Shown piece after piece: positions 37,731 to 50,047 of a stretch of DNA of 54,782 nucleotides. The first letter of the stretch is position 1. Every line of letters begins with the position of its first letter. Where the stretch lies: the NCBI RefSeq assembly GCF_001194135.2, contig NC_068996.1, positions 23,903,867 to 23,958,648 on the forward strand. The letters are read 5' to 3'. This stretch comes from Octopus bimaculoides. Its lineage: Eukaryota. The notes below the pieces were generated by a model. The model did no database searches and was not told the DNA's origin. It saw only the letters and a program-made list of their open reading frames with translations. Made by a program: the position numbers and the translations under genes.

Positions 37731-38489
37731 GTGTGGATTTATTTCTAACAAATGTTAGGTACAAATGAAATATTTTAATGCAGAAGGGGGCCACATCAAG
37801 GAACAATGGATAGTTTCTGTCTAACCAGTGTCATTCACAGTATGTGAGTGGCCCTGAGGCTTTAATAATGATATTTGGTCAAGATGATAAGCAGTGGGGC
37901 CAAACACAGGACCTTGTAGTTGCAAACGAACTTCTGAACCATTCAGCCATATTGCACCTTCAAACGAATATTGTAAATCACACACTCACACAGGGAAAGG
38001 AGAAATACAATTTAGCTGATTACAAAATTTTAAAAAATACTGTTGAATCACATGAAAATAAGGATTTCTTCATTTCCTTTTACAGAGAAATAATTGAAAA
38101 TGTTACACTTGATTGGAATTCAATCTAATGAAAACTTAAAAGCAGATTATCATCAACTTACAGAAAAGGAAATATAAACATTTCAATTTCCTATAAAGCA
38201 ATTAAATAACAAATGATTCCATATAAATTAAAGGAAAGTAGTTGCATATATGGGTTAAAGAGAAAAATGATCTACTAATTATAGAAGCAAACATAGACAA
38301 ACATACTCAGCTCATTAACATGCTGGATGTAATTTCCATCTTAAAAGCAAAATTAAAATTGACATTTTTTTTTCTTCTTCATCAAAGAAGACCTCTCTCT
38401 CTTTCACATGAAACATGAAAATTGTTTTCTTTCTATGCCTTAATTAATTTGGTTCATTTTGCCAACTTCACAATAATAATTTTGATTGA

Positions 38490-39345
38490 TTTTGTCATAA
38501 GGACAGCAATTTTATGGGGAGAGGTAATGTCAAAAACATTGCCCCCCAGTTCTTGTTTGGTACTTTATTTTATCGACCCTGAAAGGATGAAAGGCAAAGT
38601 TGACCTTAGAACATAAAGTGCCTGAAAAATTATTACCTTAATAATAATGATAATAATAATAAACCAGAACCTAGCCAATGAATTATAGAGGCTATGGAAA
38701 GTGCAAGTAAAATGTATTCCTGTAGTTATAAGTGCATTAGGAACTATCCCTAAAGATTTGAACAAATGGACAGAGGAAATAAGCATAAAACCTTAGGAAG
38801 GTTCTTGGCAACTAAGGTTACTTGTAGCCAGATGTTAAGAATTTTTCCAACAGTCTAATCAGTTGTGTGCAAAAGTAATAATAATAATTTTGGCACAAGG
38901 CCAGCAATTTTGAGGGAAGAGGGGGAAAGTCAATTACACTGACCTCAGTACTTGACTGGTACATTATTTAATCAATCCCCAAAGGGTGAAAAGCAAAGTT
39001 GACTTTGGTGGGGTTTGAATTCAGAATGTAAGGGGCCAGAAGATATGTTGCTAAGAACTTTATATGACTAATGATTCTGCTACCTTGCAACTGCAACTAC
39101 TACTACTACTACTACTACTACTAATAAATATAATAATTTCAAATTTTGGCACCAAGGCCAGCAATTTCAGGGGAGGGGTTAAGTTGATTAAATCAATCCC
39201 AGGGCCTAATTGGCACTTATTTTATTGACCCCCTAAAAGATAAAAGGTAAAGTCAACTTGGTGAAATTTGAACTCAGAACAATAATGGATAAGATACCAC
39301 TAAGCATTTTGCTTGATGTGCTTATGATTATGCCAGATTGCCACT
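38490..39345 (-). mobile_element. Three family A SINEs separated by (AAT)n/(ACT)n
   Basis: Modules at about 38490, 38888 and 39138. Confidence 0.82.
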
Positions 39346-40639
39346 TTAATAATAATAATATACATTTCACGTCTGAAATTTCTCGATTTGCTGCAAATAG
39401 AAACCAAACCTTCCTCAAATCACTGTAAAGTCTTAGGGAGGGGAAAAAAAAAACTTTGGATAACGTATTCTTAAATATTACTATTTCAGACATCATGATT
39501 ATAAGTAGATTGATTAAAAGGCTATGCTTGGTCTGGGCTGACAAGGGTGGAGGGGCAGGGCTTCTGGGATGACAACGATAATAACAAAAACAAGAAAAAA
39601 CAATTATCTAAAGCAGTGGTTCTCAACCAGGGTTGATTTAAGATTTTGCTGTTAAAATTATGCAGCAATAAACTGGTTATACTTCTACAATACACAAAAC
39701 ATTTTAACAATTTTTGTACAATTTCTAATAATATTTAATCATAAAAATATAACAGGAATTTTTAGACATCGGATTGTTATAAGGATCCTTCCCCCTGAGC
39801 AAAATAAGAATCAAAGTGGTCCATAGACAAAGAATGGTTGAGAACTACTGATCTAAAGCCATAGCAATAGAAAGATAGTTAAACTTTGTTCTTTGTCTTA
39901 AAATGCTGCTATAGTAATTTCTTATCTTTAGCACTTGGTCAGTACTAATCCACTAGGTTTGCGACCAAATGTGTTCCTACCATTATCATCTCATCCTATC
40001 TCTAAACTAGACATAATGAATCCAAGAGTATGTACATCATCCATTGGTGATAAAGTGTGATTTCACTGGGATCTGGATGCTAGCACTAGACTTCTACTAC
40101 CCACATACACAAAATTCATCCTATCATTTGTTCAATTCTATCCCTCCTTTTTTTCTCATCTCTTTACTAATTCCTCTGCTCTGCTCTTCTCTTATTTATC
40201 ATTTCTCATCCCACAGTCTTGGAACATCACCCAGTACTCTTTATTTTGTACTACTTCATTTATAGAGGAGTGACGTGTAGATATTCATTTACTAGGATGA
40301 AGTGAGAATCATAGTTGCATTAGTATTACATGTGATAAGACAAGTAAAGTAAAGAAAAATATTTTTGCCTCTGTTGGTGGTTTAACCATAACTTTACTTC
40401 TTCAAACTTTCAAGTAGAAATAAAATAATAATGAAATGAAAACTAATTTGCAAAATATTTATTAAATTTAAATTAAAGATGAAAAAAAGAAAAAGAATAG
40501 TCAAGATGGTAATATGGTTGTGTGGTTAAAAAGTTCATTTCTCAACCATATGATTTCAGGTTCAATTCTACGGCTAAGTATCTTGCCTAAAGTTACAGTT
40601 TTAGGCTGACCAAAATCATATGAGAGGATTTGGTAAACA

Positions 40640-41182
40640 CAGAATGTAAAGACAGATGTAATGGTGCTAAGCATTTCGCCTGAAGTGCTAATGATTTTGC
40701 AGCTCACTACTTAACTAATAATAATAATAATAACAATTCTTTCTACTAAAGGCACAAGGCCTGAAATTTTGGGGAAGAGGAGTAGTGAATTACATCAACC
40801 CCAGTGCTTGTCTGGTACTTATTTTATTGACCCTAAAAGGATGAAAAGTAAAGAAGATCCTGGTGGAATTTGAACTCAGAATGAAACGCCGCTAAGCATT
40901 TTGTCCAGCACGCTAACAATTCTGACATCTCACCACCTTAATAGCAATAATAATGATAATATAATAATCCCTTCTATTATAGGCACAAGTCCTGAAGTTT
41001 TGGGGGAGGAGACTAATCAATTACGTCGACCCCAGTGTTTCACTGGTACTTAATTCATCAACGCTGAAAGGATGAAAAGCGAAGTTGACCTTAGCAGAAT
41101 GTGACCTCAGAACATCAAAGCAAATGAAATACTGCTAAGCATTTCACCTGGTGTGCTTACTATTCTGCAACTCACTGCTTTA
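40640..41182 (-). mobile_element. Three tandem family A SINEs, the first truncated against a plus-strand family B head
   Basis: Modules at about 40640, 40738 and 40968 with (AAT)n spacers. Confidence 0.85.
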
Positions 41183-42684
41183 ATAATAATAATAATAATA
41201 ATAATAATCATAAACATCAGGATTTGCTGAAAGTACTTGTACTTTTAGTGGAACATATTGCTGCATATTGAATACTGATAAAATAGGAAGAAAAAAAAAC
41301 AACTACAAAAAATAAAAATAAAAAACTGTAGGCATTTATAGTGATCATACAAATAAGATGACAAATTATGTTTAGCAGAGTTGTCTGCTGTCCTAACAAA
41401 CCTGTTATACCAGCATTAACTGTCCACATATGGAGCAGATTATCACATACATACACACACACACACACACACAACCTTTCATTTGTTCTATATATTCATC
41501 AAACCAATAGTCAATACCAACTGCCTATCCATTTTTTTGTTTTTTAAAATATACATCTATCTTGTTGTATCTGTCAATTTATCTATCTTTTGTTGTAGGT
41601 CTAACAATTTAAATATGTAGCAAGCTTTAAAAAGCCTGTCTGTCTACATCTATGCAAGCTAACTAGTTATATAGCTAGCTATAAGTTTAAGTTTTGTTTG
41701 TTTATCTATCCTTCCATCTAATTATAAACTTGTTTATCTACCTAACTATTTATCTATCTAGCTTTCTATCTAGTTATAACATTTAGACAGCTAGCAATAA
41801 CTCAATGTACCCACTTAGCTATCAGTCAAATCTATTCTCCTAGCCATCCATCTATCTGTATGTCTGTCAATTTGGCTATAAACATGTCAAGTTACATATC
41901 TACCTACTTAGTAACCAATCTACCAATTTTCTGCCTATCAGGCAGCCTGTTTAGATTTAAATCTTGTCTCTCTCCCCTCCTCTTTACACATCCATGCGCG
42001 CACGCACGCACACACACACACAATGGTATCTATTTTTTTTTTTTGTAGATGTATAGGCATTCTTTGAACAAAAATGTTTTTTTGGTTTCTCTGGATAATT
42101 TAAGCACACCAGAAAATGTCCAGAATGGAAGAATTATTATGACAGTAAATTTTGTTAAGTCCTTTAGACCATTTCCACCATCATGACTAAGGCCATACAA
42201 CAGCACTAACATCAGATGAAGATTCTTTGAGAAATACGTCCATCTGGCCTACAGAAAATGAAGTTCGAGTCCTGTAGGTAGTTTCCAGTTTTTGTTTTGT
42301 CCAAGAGATTTTCAGCCCAATGAATGAAAAGCTATTATAACTGAATTCACCGACAGGTACATCATTCATTAAGACTTATTTGCATATTTCTCGATGCTTC
42401 TATTTGCTTTCTAAATGTAAACATACTTTCTCATTGGTAAGATGAAAAAACATTTAATTTGATGAAAGAAAGACAGGCAGCTACTTTAGTGTAACTGGAA
42501 GCATGTTTATCCAGATTTCAGAATATGCATGCTCAAGTCCTGCAAGCAGAGCTACCCATTGTTTTTTTTTTCCACCCCCAAAATTTTAACCAAATATGTC
42601 GTAGGCTGTTATTTATAGCTGAATTCACTATGAGATACATTGCTTAAAAAGTCATTACATATAAAAGTATATCTATATATATAA

Positions 42685-43290
42685 TCATCATTGTTATTTT
42701 AATGTCAACTTTTCCATGCTCACATGAGTCAAATGGAATTTTGTCGAGGCAGATTTTCTAGTCTGATGTCCTTCTTGTTCCCAAACTCCCAACTGTTTCC
42801 AAGTAAGGTAATAAATATTTCCCCATGGTCAAGCATATTTTTATAGAAGATGATAAACAAAGGATAATGCTTGCACAATAGTGACACTTGATTACAGATA
42901 TCATGCAATGTCAAAGCAAGGACAGCCACACACACACACACACACACTAAAACAAGATTGGAAAAAAATTTTGGATAATATATTCACCATTACAAATGTT
43001 TCATTTGCTAAAAGTACTCATGACGGTACCACATAAAAAGACTTGTGCAGTGCCACGTAAAAGCACCCATGCAGCAACATGTAAAAATGCCCATATGGCA
43101 ACATGTAAAAGCACCCATGCAGAGCCACATAAAAGCATCCAGCAGACTCTATAAAGTGGTTGACATTAGGAAGAGAATCCATCTGTAGTAACCATGCCAA
43201 ATCAGAGTGGAGTCTGATGCAGCTCTCCAGCTCAGGTCAAACTGTCCAATCCATGCCAGCAGGGACAATGGATGTTGATGATGATGATAA
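42685..43290. mobile_element. Tails-out pair of family C-type SINEs with an internal ~24-bp minisatellite (43025-43143)
   Basis: Left tttaatgtcaacttttccatgct; right ccatgccagcagggacaatggatgttgatgatgatgat; repeated (c)acatgtaaaagcacccatgcag units. Confidence 0.75.
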
Positions 43291-43546
43291 GTTACAAAAT
43301 TGTACATATAGGAAAAACATGTAAGATATTTCCTATTAGCATATGAAATATATGTAATGGTAAATAAATAATACCAAAAATTTTTTCCAATCACAATAAC
43401 ATCTACATTCAATTTTGGAGTACTGGAATATGCAGATGTGCTTCACAAGGAAATATTTTGGATTACAACCCTATTTACATAGATTGACCGTTGACTGAAC
43501 ACTATTCAATTTTTTTTTCTCCGTGTTTTTCTCCTTGTCTCCGTAT

Positions 43547-43583
43547 TCTTTCTGTTGAAGAGCGTAGCTCGAAACGTCAAAGA
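43547..43583 (+). ncRNA. Minimal type I hammerhead ribozyme-like motif, copy 1 (A6U core variant, GUC site)
   Basis: UCUUU-CUGUUGA-A-GAGC(GUA)GCUC-GAAA-C-GUC^AAAGA: 5-bp stem I, 4-bp stem II, palindromic ACGU stem III. Confidence 0.7.
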
Positions 43584-43673
43584 CTTTCCGTATTCCCGAG
43601 CGTCATACTAATATATACTTTTGTTATTTACACCACCTGTCCTCGTCTGTTGTTATTATTTGTATATTCTCCC

Positions 43674-43704
<31 letters not shown>

Positions 43705-43783
43705 AACTTTCTGTCCGGCAGTTGCCATGATAGATCGCTGACCACAACATACAAATTTTTTTTCTCCGTGTTTTTCTCCTAAT

Positions 43784-43820
43784 TCTTTCTGTTGAAGAGC
43801 GTAGCTCGAAACGTTAAAGA
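43784..43820 (+). ncRNA. Minimal type I hammerhead ribozyme-like motif, copy 2 (GUU site)
   Basis: UCUUU-CUGUUGA-A-GAGC(GUA)GCUC-GAAA-C-GUU^AAAGA. Confidence 0.65.
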
Positions 43821-43930
43821 CTTTCTCTATTCCCGAGCGTTAAACTAATACATCCTTTTGTTGTTTACACCACCTGTCCTCGTCTGTTGTTTTTTTCGTA
43901 AATTCTCCCATGTATATATATATATATATA

Positions 43931-44820
43931 TTCTTCTCTGCAGTTATGTAGGTTCTTCTGGGTATTTTTTCCCCCAAAAGGCCAGTTTCATCACAGATGA
44001 ATACCAGTTGTGCAATGTACCCTCAGCTGCGATGAGCTGATGGAATTCATGCATGAAATCTTCAGCTGCCTTCATGTCAGAGTTTGCTGCTTCTCCATAT
44101 CTGACAACACTATGAACACCAGTCTTCTTCTTGAAATTACCAAACCAGCCCCGACTGGCCTTAAATGCGTCTGCTGATGTCTCCTCTGTCAATGTTCCAG
44201 GGTTTTGCTTCAGGAGATCCCCATCAGTGCTCATGCTTTCTTGCAGATGATGGTCTCCATAATCGTATCCCCTGTGAGTTGCTTCTCATTGATCCACAGG
44301 AGAAGCAATTTTTCCATCCTTTCATGGACAGATGTACGTTGCTTAGAGAGCCTGGAGACACCCTTTGCTGTTGTAACAGCCTTGATCTCATTCTTTTTCT
44401 TCAGGATGGCGCAAATCATCAACGTACTTCACTTATGCACTCCTCTCTAATGTTTATCAATGATTGCCTTCCTCAATTTTATCATAATCAGCTTTTTCTT
44501 CTTCTCAGCACTGTCCTTTGCACAAACCTTCTTTGGACCCATAGCTAACACAACTAATTATTATAAAATGATAGCAAAAAATGCACTAAACTAAACAAAA
44601 ACACTGGGTAAAACACAATAGGGATGCTGCCGCAATGAGGTAAACATGTGAACTGAGCAAGCAAAGACTGGGCTTGTTGTGAGAATGTGAGCTCAGTGCT
44701 GACTAGTGGTTGCTTGTATGAAACCCACTCATATTGTGGATTTCTGCTCATACTTAAAGACAAAAATCTGCATGAGTCTCGGCTCGTACAGCAAATTACT
44801 CGTAGTGTGAGATTCTACTG
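43931..44820 (-). mobile_element. Tigger/pogo-family DNA transposon, 5' fragment with a dead transposase
   Basis: TIR-like CAGTAGAATCTC at 44820. ATG at 44542 gives MGPKKVCAKDSAEKKKK...DKH*RGVHK*STLMICAILKKK...EKLLLLWINEKQLTGD (CENP-B HTH), then FKASRGWFGNFKKKTGVHSVVRYGEAA, then after a frameshift VFICDETGL...PRRTYITAEK. Truncated at (TA)n. Confidence 0.92.
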
Positions 44821-45941
44821 TGTTTATATATTTTTATGTGTATATTTTTAATGTATTGATTACTCTATATATTTTTAATATGTTTGATGTATTGAATATA
44901 CTTTCAGAGAAATTCATGCATGTTGGGTCTAGGGTTGAACAAATATAAATGTATATGTGAACTTGATTTGCCTAACTTTAATTCTTACTTCTGCATTATA
45001 TATACAAACACACACACACACACATATATATACACATACATACACACACATGATGAGCTTCTTTCACAAAATTTTGGTCAACCCAGGACTATAGAAGACA
45101 ACTACCTAAGTTGCCACACAGTGAGATTGAACCCAGAGTAAAGTGGTTAGGAAGCAAACTTCTTACCACACAGTTATGCTTGCACCAATATCTATACCAG
45201 TGCCTACAGTAACACATGCATGTGTAAGTGTATACACACACACACTATGTATAATTGTGTGTGTGAGTGTCAGAAATCTGGTGCAGTCTTCTCTTGTCAA
45301 ACCATCCAACCTATGCCAGCATGGAAAGCAGATGTTAAACAGTGATGATGATGATGTGTATGTATATGTGTGTGTGTGTCTGTGCATATGTGTACAGATT
45401 TTGTATATTAAGAAAAAGGAGATTCATCACGAATGATTTCTAATAGAAAATTCATGCTTTTATATATATGTGAGTTAGTTGAACAAAATTTGGAGTTGAA
45501 TCTGTTTTCTTGAGTTTTGGAAATAGGGTCTTTTGAGACTGATTAATCGAGATGTTCTTGTCACTTTGAATCTATATGTGCATGTATACATGTGTGTGTA
45601 TGTACGTATCTTGTGAGTTTTTAAAAAAACAAAAACAAATAAAAAGGAAGAAGGGAGAGGAAGAAATAAAGAATGGGGTGTTTTTCTGAGATGGTTGAAA
45701 TTGATCTACGTGAGTGTGTGTATATAAATATACATGAAGGACTTTCACATAGTTTCCATCTATCAGTTCCACTCACATATATATATATACATATATATAT
45801 ATATAATATATATATATATATAATNNNNNNNNNNNNNNNNNNNNNNNNNNNNNNNNNNNNNNNNNNNNNNNNNNNNNNNNNNNNNNNNNNNNNNNNNNNN
45901 NNNNNNNNNNNNNNNNNNNNNNNNAAATAAATAAATAGATA

Positions 45942-45974
<33 letters not shown>

Positions 45975-45984
45975 TGTTTAAAAT

Positions 45985-46485
45985 TATGGCAGAAGCCCAG
46001 CAAATTTTAGTGGGTTTTGGTGGTGGTGGTTTAGTTGATAACATCAATTGCAGTACCTGACAGGCATTTTATTTCATTGACCCCAAAAAAAGATAAAAGA
46101 CAAAGTTGACTTTCGCGGAATCTTAACTCAGAATGTAAACAGTTAGAAGAAATGATGATGAGCATTTGGTCCAACACACCAGAAAGGCAGGGTTGAGCTA
46201 TGCAGGATTTGAACTCAGAATATAAAGAACAAAATACAACATATTTTTGATGACAACTTTAACTCTTTTACCAATTAACTGATCTGCATCTTTAATCATC
46301 ATTTTTTCAATAATAATAATAATTATTATCATTATTTACATTATTTACATTTGACGGATATTTGTCCTCATCTTGTTTGTTGTTAACATGTTTCGGCTGA
46401 TATACCCGCCAGCCTTCTTCAGGTGTCTTGGGGAAATTTCGAACTTGGGTTTTCATTCCTAAGATATTTTTCAATGTTGTTGTTA

Positions 46486-46542
<57 letters not shown>

Positions 46543-47050
46543 TCACTGCCTGGAATCTAACTCGGAATAGTCCGCGCTCTTAACCACCATGCCATATGTC
46601 CATGGGCAATACCTTAGTAATGGGAACCCAGCTCACCATGATAATGATGATAATAATAATCCTTTCTACTATATGCACAAAGATGAGGGAAAAGGCTAGT
46701 CGATTATATTGATCTTAGTGCTCAACTAGTATTTTATTTTATTGATGACCTTGAAAAGTTGAAAGGCAAAGTGGACCGTAGCAGGATTTGAACTCAGAAT
46801 TTAGAGTTGTAACTAAATACAGCACGTTAATCTGTCTGTTACACTAATGTTACAGCCAAATAACAACTGTCACCACCACCAGCACCACAATAATAACAAC
46901 AATGGTTTCAAATTAAGCACAAATCAATAATAATAATAATAATAAGAAGAAGAACAACAACAACAACAGTAATAATAGTTTCAAATTTTGGCACAAGGCC
47001 AGCAATTTCAGGAAAGGGAGTAAGTTGATTGCAATGGTCCTATTGCTCAA
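45985..47050 (-). mobile_element. Family A SINE copies (about 45985-46270, 46660-46860, 46975-47050) around the hammerhead element
   Basis: aaagttgactttcgcggaatcttaactcagaatg; gcaggatttgaactcagaat; tttggcacaaggccagc. Confidence 0.78.
46325..46607 (-). mobile_element. tRNA-like-headed short element carrying a hammerhead-like motif
   Basis: A-box TGGCATGGTGG (46594-46584), B-box-like GTTAGATTCC (46561-46552), (AAT)n, then ACAC-CTGAAGA-A-GGCTG(10 nt)CAGCC-GAAAC (46426-46390), and a TGTAAATAA x2 tail. Confidence 0.72.
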
Positions 47051-47069
47051 GTGATACTTATAAAAAGAA

Positions 47070-48260
47070 ATTCAAAGAAAATATTCTTCACAAGGTGAGA
47101 ACATACATGTAAGGGAAATCATGGAAATATCACAAAGAAAAAGAAAACCATGGGCCATCCTTGACTACTAAGGTAAATACCCTCTCTTAATTGTTCTTTC
47201 TCAATCTACAATTACATGCTAAGAACTCCATTCACTTAGGCTATGCTCACCACTCACAGCCACCTTTCAACAAATTTGCTAGGAAGCAGCACTCCCCTCT
47301 TTTGCTCTCATTTGATTATCAAATGAAACTTGAAAAAGTTTGTGAGGGCTTGGCCAAAGAGGAAGGTACTCGTCTTAAACCCTTTCAGTCACATGCACCC
47401 CCACACAATCTCTTTTGTTGAGGAAGGTATGCCCTTCCTGTTAAAGGAAGGTAAGCGGATGATCTTCACAATGGACTCAGCTGATAGCTGGATCACCCCT
47501 ACATGTGAGAGGAGCAGTTCCACATAATAATACATGTCAATAATGCTTGGGCACTGGATGGGTGCATGCAGAATGGTTTTGTTGCTCTGTACACACTTCA
47601 GACAAGTCTGGTTGACAGCATTTTCATGACTAGAGTTTATCTCAAACTAGCAATGCCTCCCTGTAGCACTGCCAGGCCAGGGATTTCCAGAAAATAATCT
47701 ATGGCTCCAGGCCAGAAAATCCTCCAAAACAGATCAACCAGTCAAGTTTCTTCAATGTCCAGCATTTCCTTAAGTACATCATTTTTGCCCACCACTAGAC
47801 CTCTATAAAACCAATGTGTAATTTCTACCCAATATATTGCCCAACTAGTAGAGGTTTGTGAACATATGACATTTCAGATGCCAAGCACCAAGTCTTTGCT
47901 TGACTTGGGACTGCAGCTGTTTCAAATAAATGAGCTGTAAAAAAATGTATCTGAAAAATCGCAGCCAGCACTTGTTCAAGGTTAAGACATACTGGAGATG
48001 TCACAGTCTCAGTGCATACCTGTACATCATCAGCCACAGCATTCCCAATCCTCAGCACAGCAGGTGTTGACAGCAAATGGAACACTTGGCTATAAAAAGT
48101 GGAAGAGCAGACAATCCAATTTGGTCAGAAAATGAACTGGGGCAGGAGCACGACAGTCAGACAATAACACATGACAGAGGAGATGCAGTCATGTGTCATC
48201 ACAGCCTGATCTTTCAAGAATAGGTTCCTCTTAACCTATTTCAAGGTGAGAGTAACCATT
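47070..48260 (-). pseudogene. Decayed L1/Tx1-clade LINE ORF2 3' fragment
   Basis: Hand translation: NLFLKDQAV..SSVMCYCLTVV...ICCQHLLC*GLGMLWLMM (GGLG-type motif)...KSLAWQCYREALLV*DKL, then a CCHC knuckle CLKCVQSNKTILHAPIQC (47604-47551)...FFKFHL...KFVERW. Many stops and frameshifts. Confidence 0.8.
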
Positions 48261-48714
48261 CTGCTCATCACCCTCCTCCAACTATTCTCCACCAAACCAT
48301 ACCCTGAATAATTTAAAACTCTAGCATTTAAACCAGTCATATCCAGCCCAAATATTCTATCCGTTTTTTGGTTTAAACTGGCCAGATCTAGCTTCTCACA
48401 GCTACCCTACAATGTCAAAAATAAACAATCACAAAACCAAAATCTCAAAGCTACAAGACAATGCATGATTATTCAAAACAAAGTGAATAAATAAGTATTA
48501 CATTTGACAGAATAATCTAAATGCTGAAGGGTTAACTTGTCTGTCCAGGTGCCTAGTTGTAAGTGCACAGATGTTTTCTGGTCGAGTTTTGGCTCTTGTA
48601 ATTATTTCATAGTCGTTTAGAGCAATGCTGGTCCTCTCAATGTGCTTGGTGTCCAACACTTGCAATAACATCATTCAAACATGCTGATACAAATCCATAA
48701 TTAATTAATAATTG

Positions 48715-48930
48715 TTTTTGATTTAAGCATAAGGCCAGCAATTTTGAACAGAGGGGATTTATCATTACCATTGACCTCAGTACATGGCTGTTACTATATT
48801 TCATCAAAAACTCAGAGGAATGAACCGCAAAGCTGACCTCAGATAGATTTGAACTCAGAAAGTAAAGAGGCAGAACAAATACTGAAAGGCATTTTGTCTG
48901 ATGCTTAAATGATTCCACCAATTCACTCCA
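48715..48930 (-). mobile_element. Family A SINE
   Basis: aagcataaggccagc...gatttgaactcagaaag. Confidence 0.8.
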
Positions 48931-49564
48931 TCCTGGCACCATCAACACTATGGAGCACTACCAATAAACCTACCACCAACACCTCTTATATAGTTTCTAC
49001 ACTACACACAGATACACATCAACCATTCTCCCCTTAGTATGAAACTTGATCTAGAAATGGCTTCACTTCCTTCTTGAATGTATAAATCAAACACAGGGTG
49101 GGTGGGAATAAAGAATGCAGAACATCCCCACTTCCTGTTGAGAATGACTGCAGAATGGAACTCCAGCTTGCTACCAACACTTTATGAATAACTTTTACAT
49201 ACTAACTAAAGAACAAGAACAGAATAAATAAATAAAAAAAAATCCCCCCCAAAAAACCTCACCAATAACAGATACAAATACATTTCTCTTTTACATATAG
49301 ATATTATTATTGTTGTTGTTGTTGTTATTCAGATATTGCTCTGACTCAGAACTTCTTGGATCTTCTGGTAAATTAGATCCAAAGGAGTTTTAAGGTCTTT
49401 TTTTATTTTCATTGTTGTTGCTGTTTAAATACAATCAACAATTTCTATCCTATAGAAAGAATATAAACAACAATGTATAATAATAAACTAAGCTTTTATT
49501 ATGAGAAATAGAACCAAGAAACGGAATAAACATGTGTGTGTGTATGTGTATGTGCACATAGCCA

Positions 49565-49750
49565 TATACATAGGCATGGTATAACTGAAAGGTCAAAAAG
49601 TTCTCTTTGTAGTAGGTTTCCAGTTTCAATTCTGCTGCATGGCATCTAGGGCAAGTGTCATTTTCTATAACCTCAGATTGATCCACAGTGTGTGGATGAA
49701 ATTGGACAGGTGAAAATGGGAACAACTATAGAAGCCTATTAGATGAACTA
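49565..49750 (+). mobile_element. Family B SINE head, plus strand
   Basis: taggcatggtataactga...gcatctagggcaagtgtcattttctataacctc. Confidence 0.65.
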
Positions 49751-49990
49751 TGGTATATGTATATACATACATATGAGGAGTTAAAAAAAAAAAAACAATG
49801 TGAAGTGCAACTCGTAAGACTGGACTCAATAGTGAATTCCACACCTCACTTCAGTACCCAGCATAGTACAATGTGGAGTATCCTGAAGTTGATACATATG
49901 CATGAGTGCTTATATGTACACACACACACACATGCACGCACATGATGGGCTTCTTTCAGTTTCCAGCTCATGTACACACACATATATGCA

Positions 49991-50047
<57 letters not shown>

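Larger units (their letters stand above)
43510..43930 (+). mobile_element. Two-copy tandem repeat (237-nt hammerhead-to-hammerhead period), Penelope pseudo-LTR / retrozyme-like
   Basis: Copies start at ttttttttctccgtgtttttctcc (about 43510 and 43756), each carries a hammerhead-like motif and ends in (TA)n. CpG-rich for this region. Confidence 0.8.

Noticed and set aside
42060-42360. Unique, moderately GC-rich stretch with a TTTTCTGTAG acceptor-like site on minus, as a Sprouty 5' UTR exon
   Set aside because: No clear donor and no independent support; such sites are common by chance.
44165-44548. 127-aa and 81-aa plus-strand ORFs
   Set aside because: Antisense to the Tigger transposase remnant.
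47825-48085. AVADDV as an RT YADD motif in the 86-aa ORF
   Set aside because: The LINE homology (ICCQH..GLGMLWLMM) is in a different frame, downstream of where the catalytic motif would lie; coincidental.
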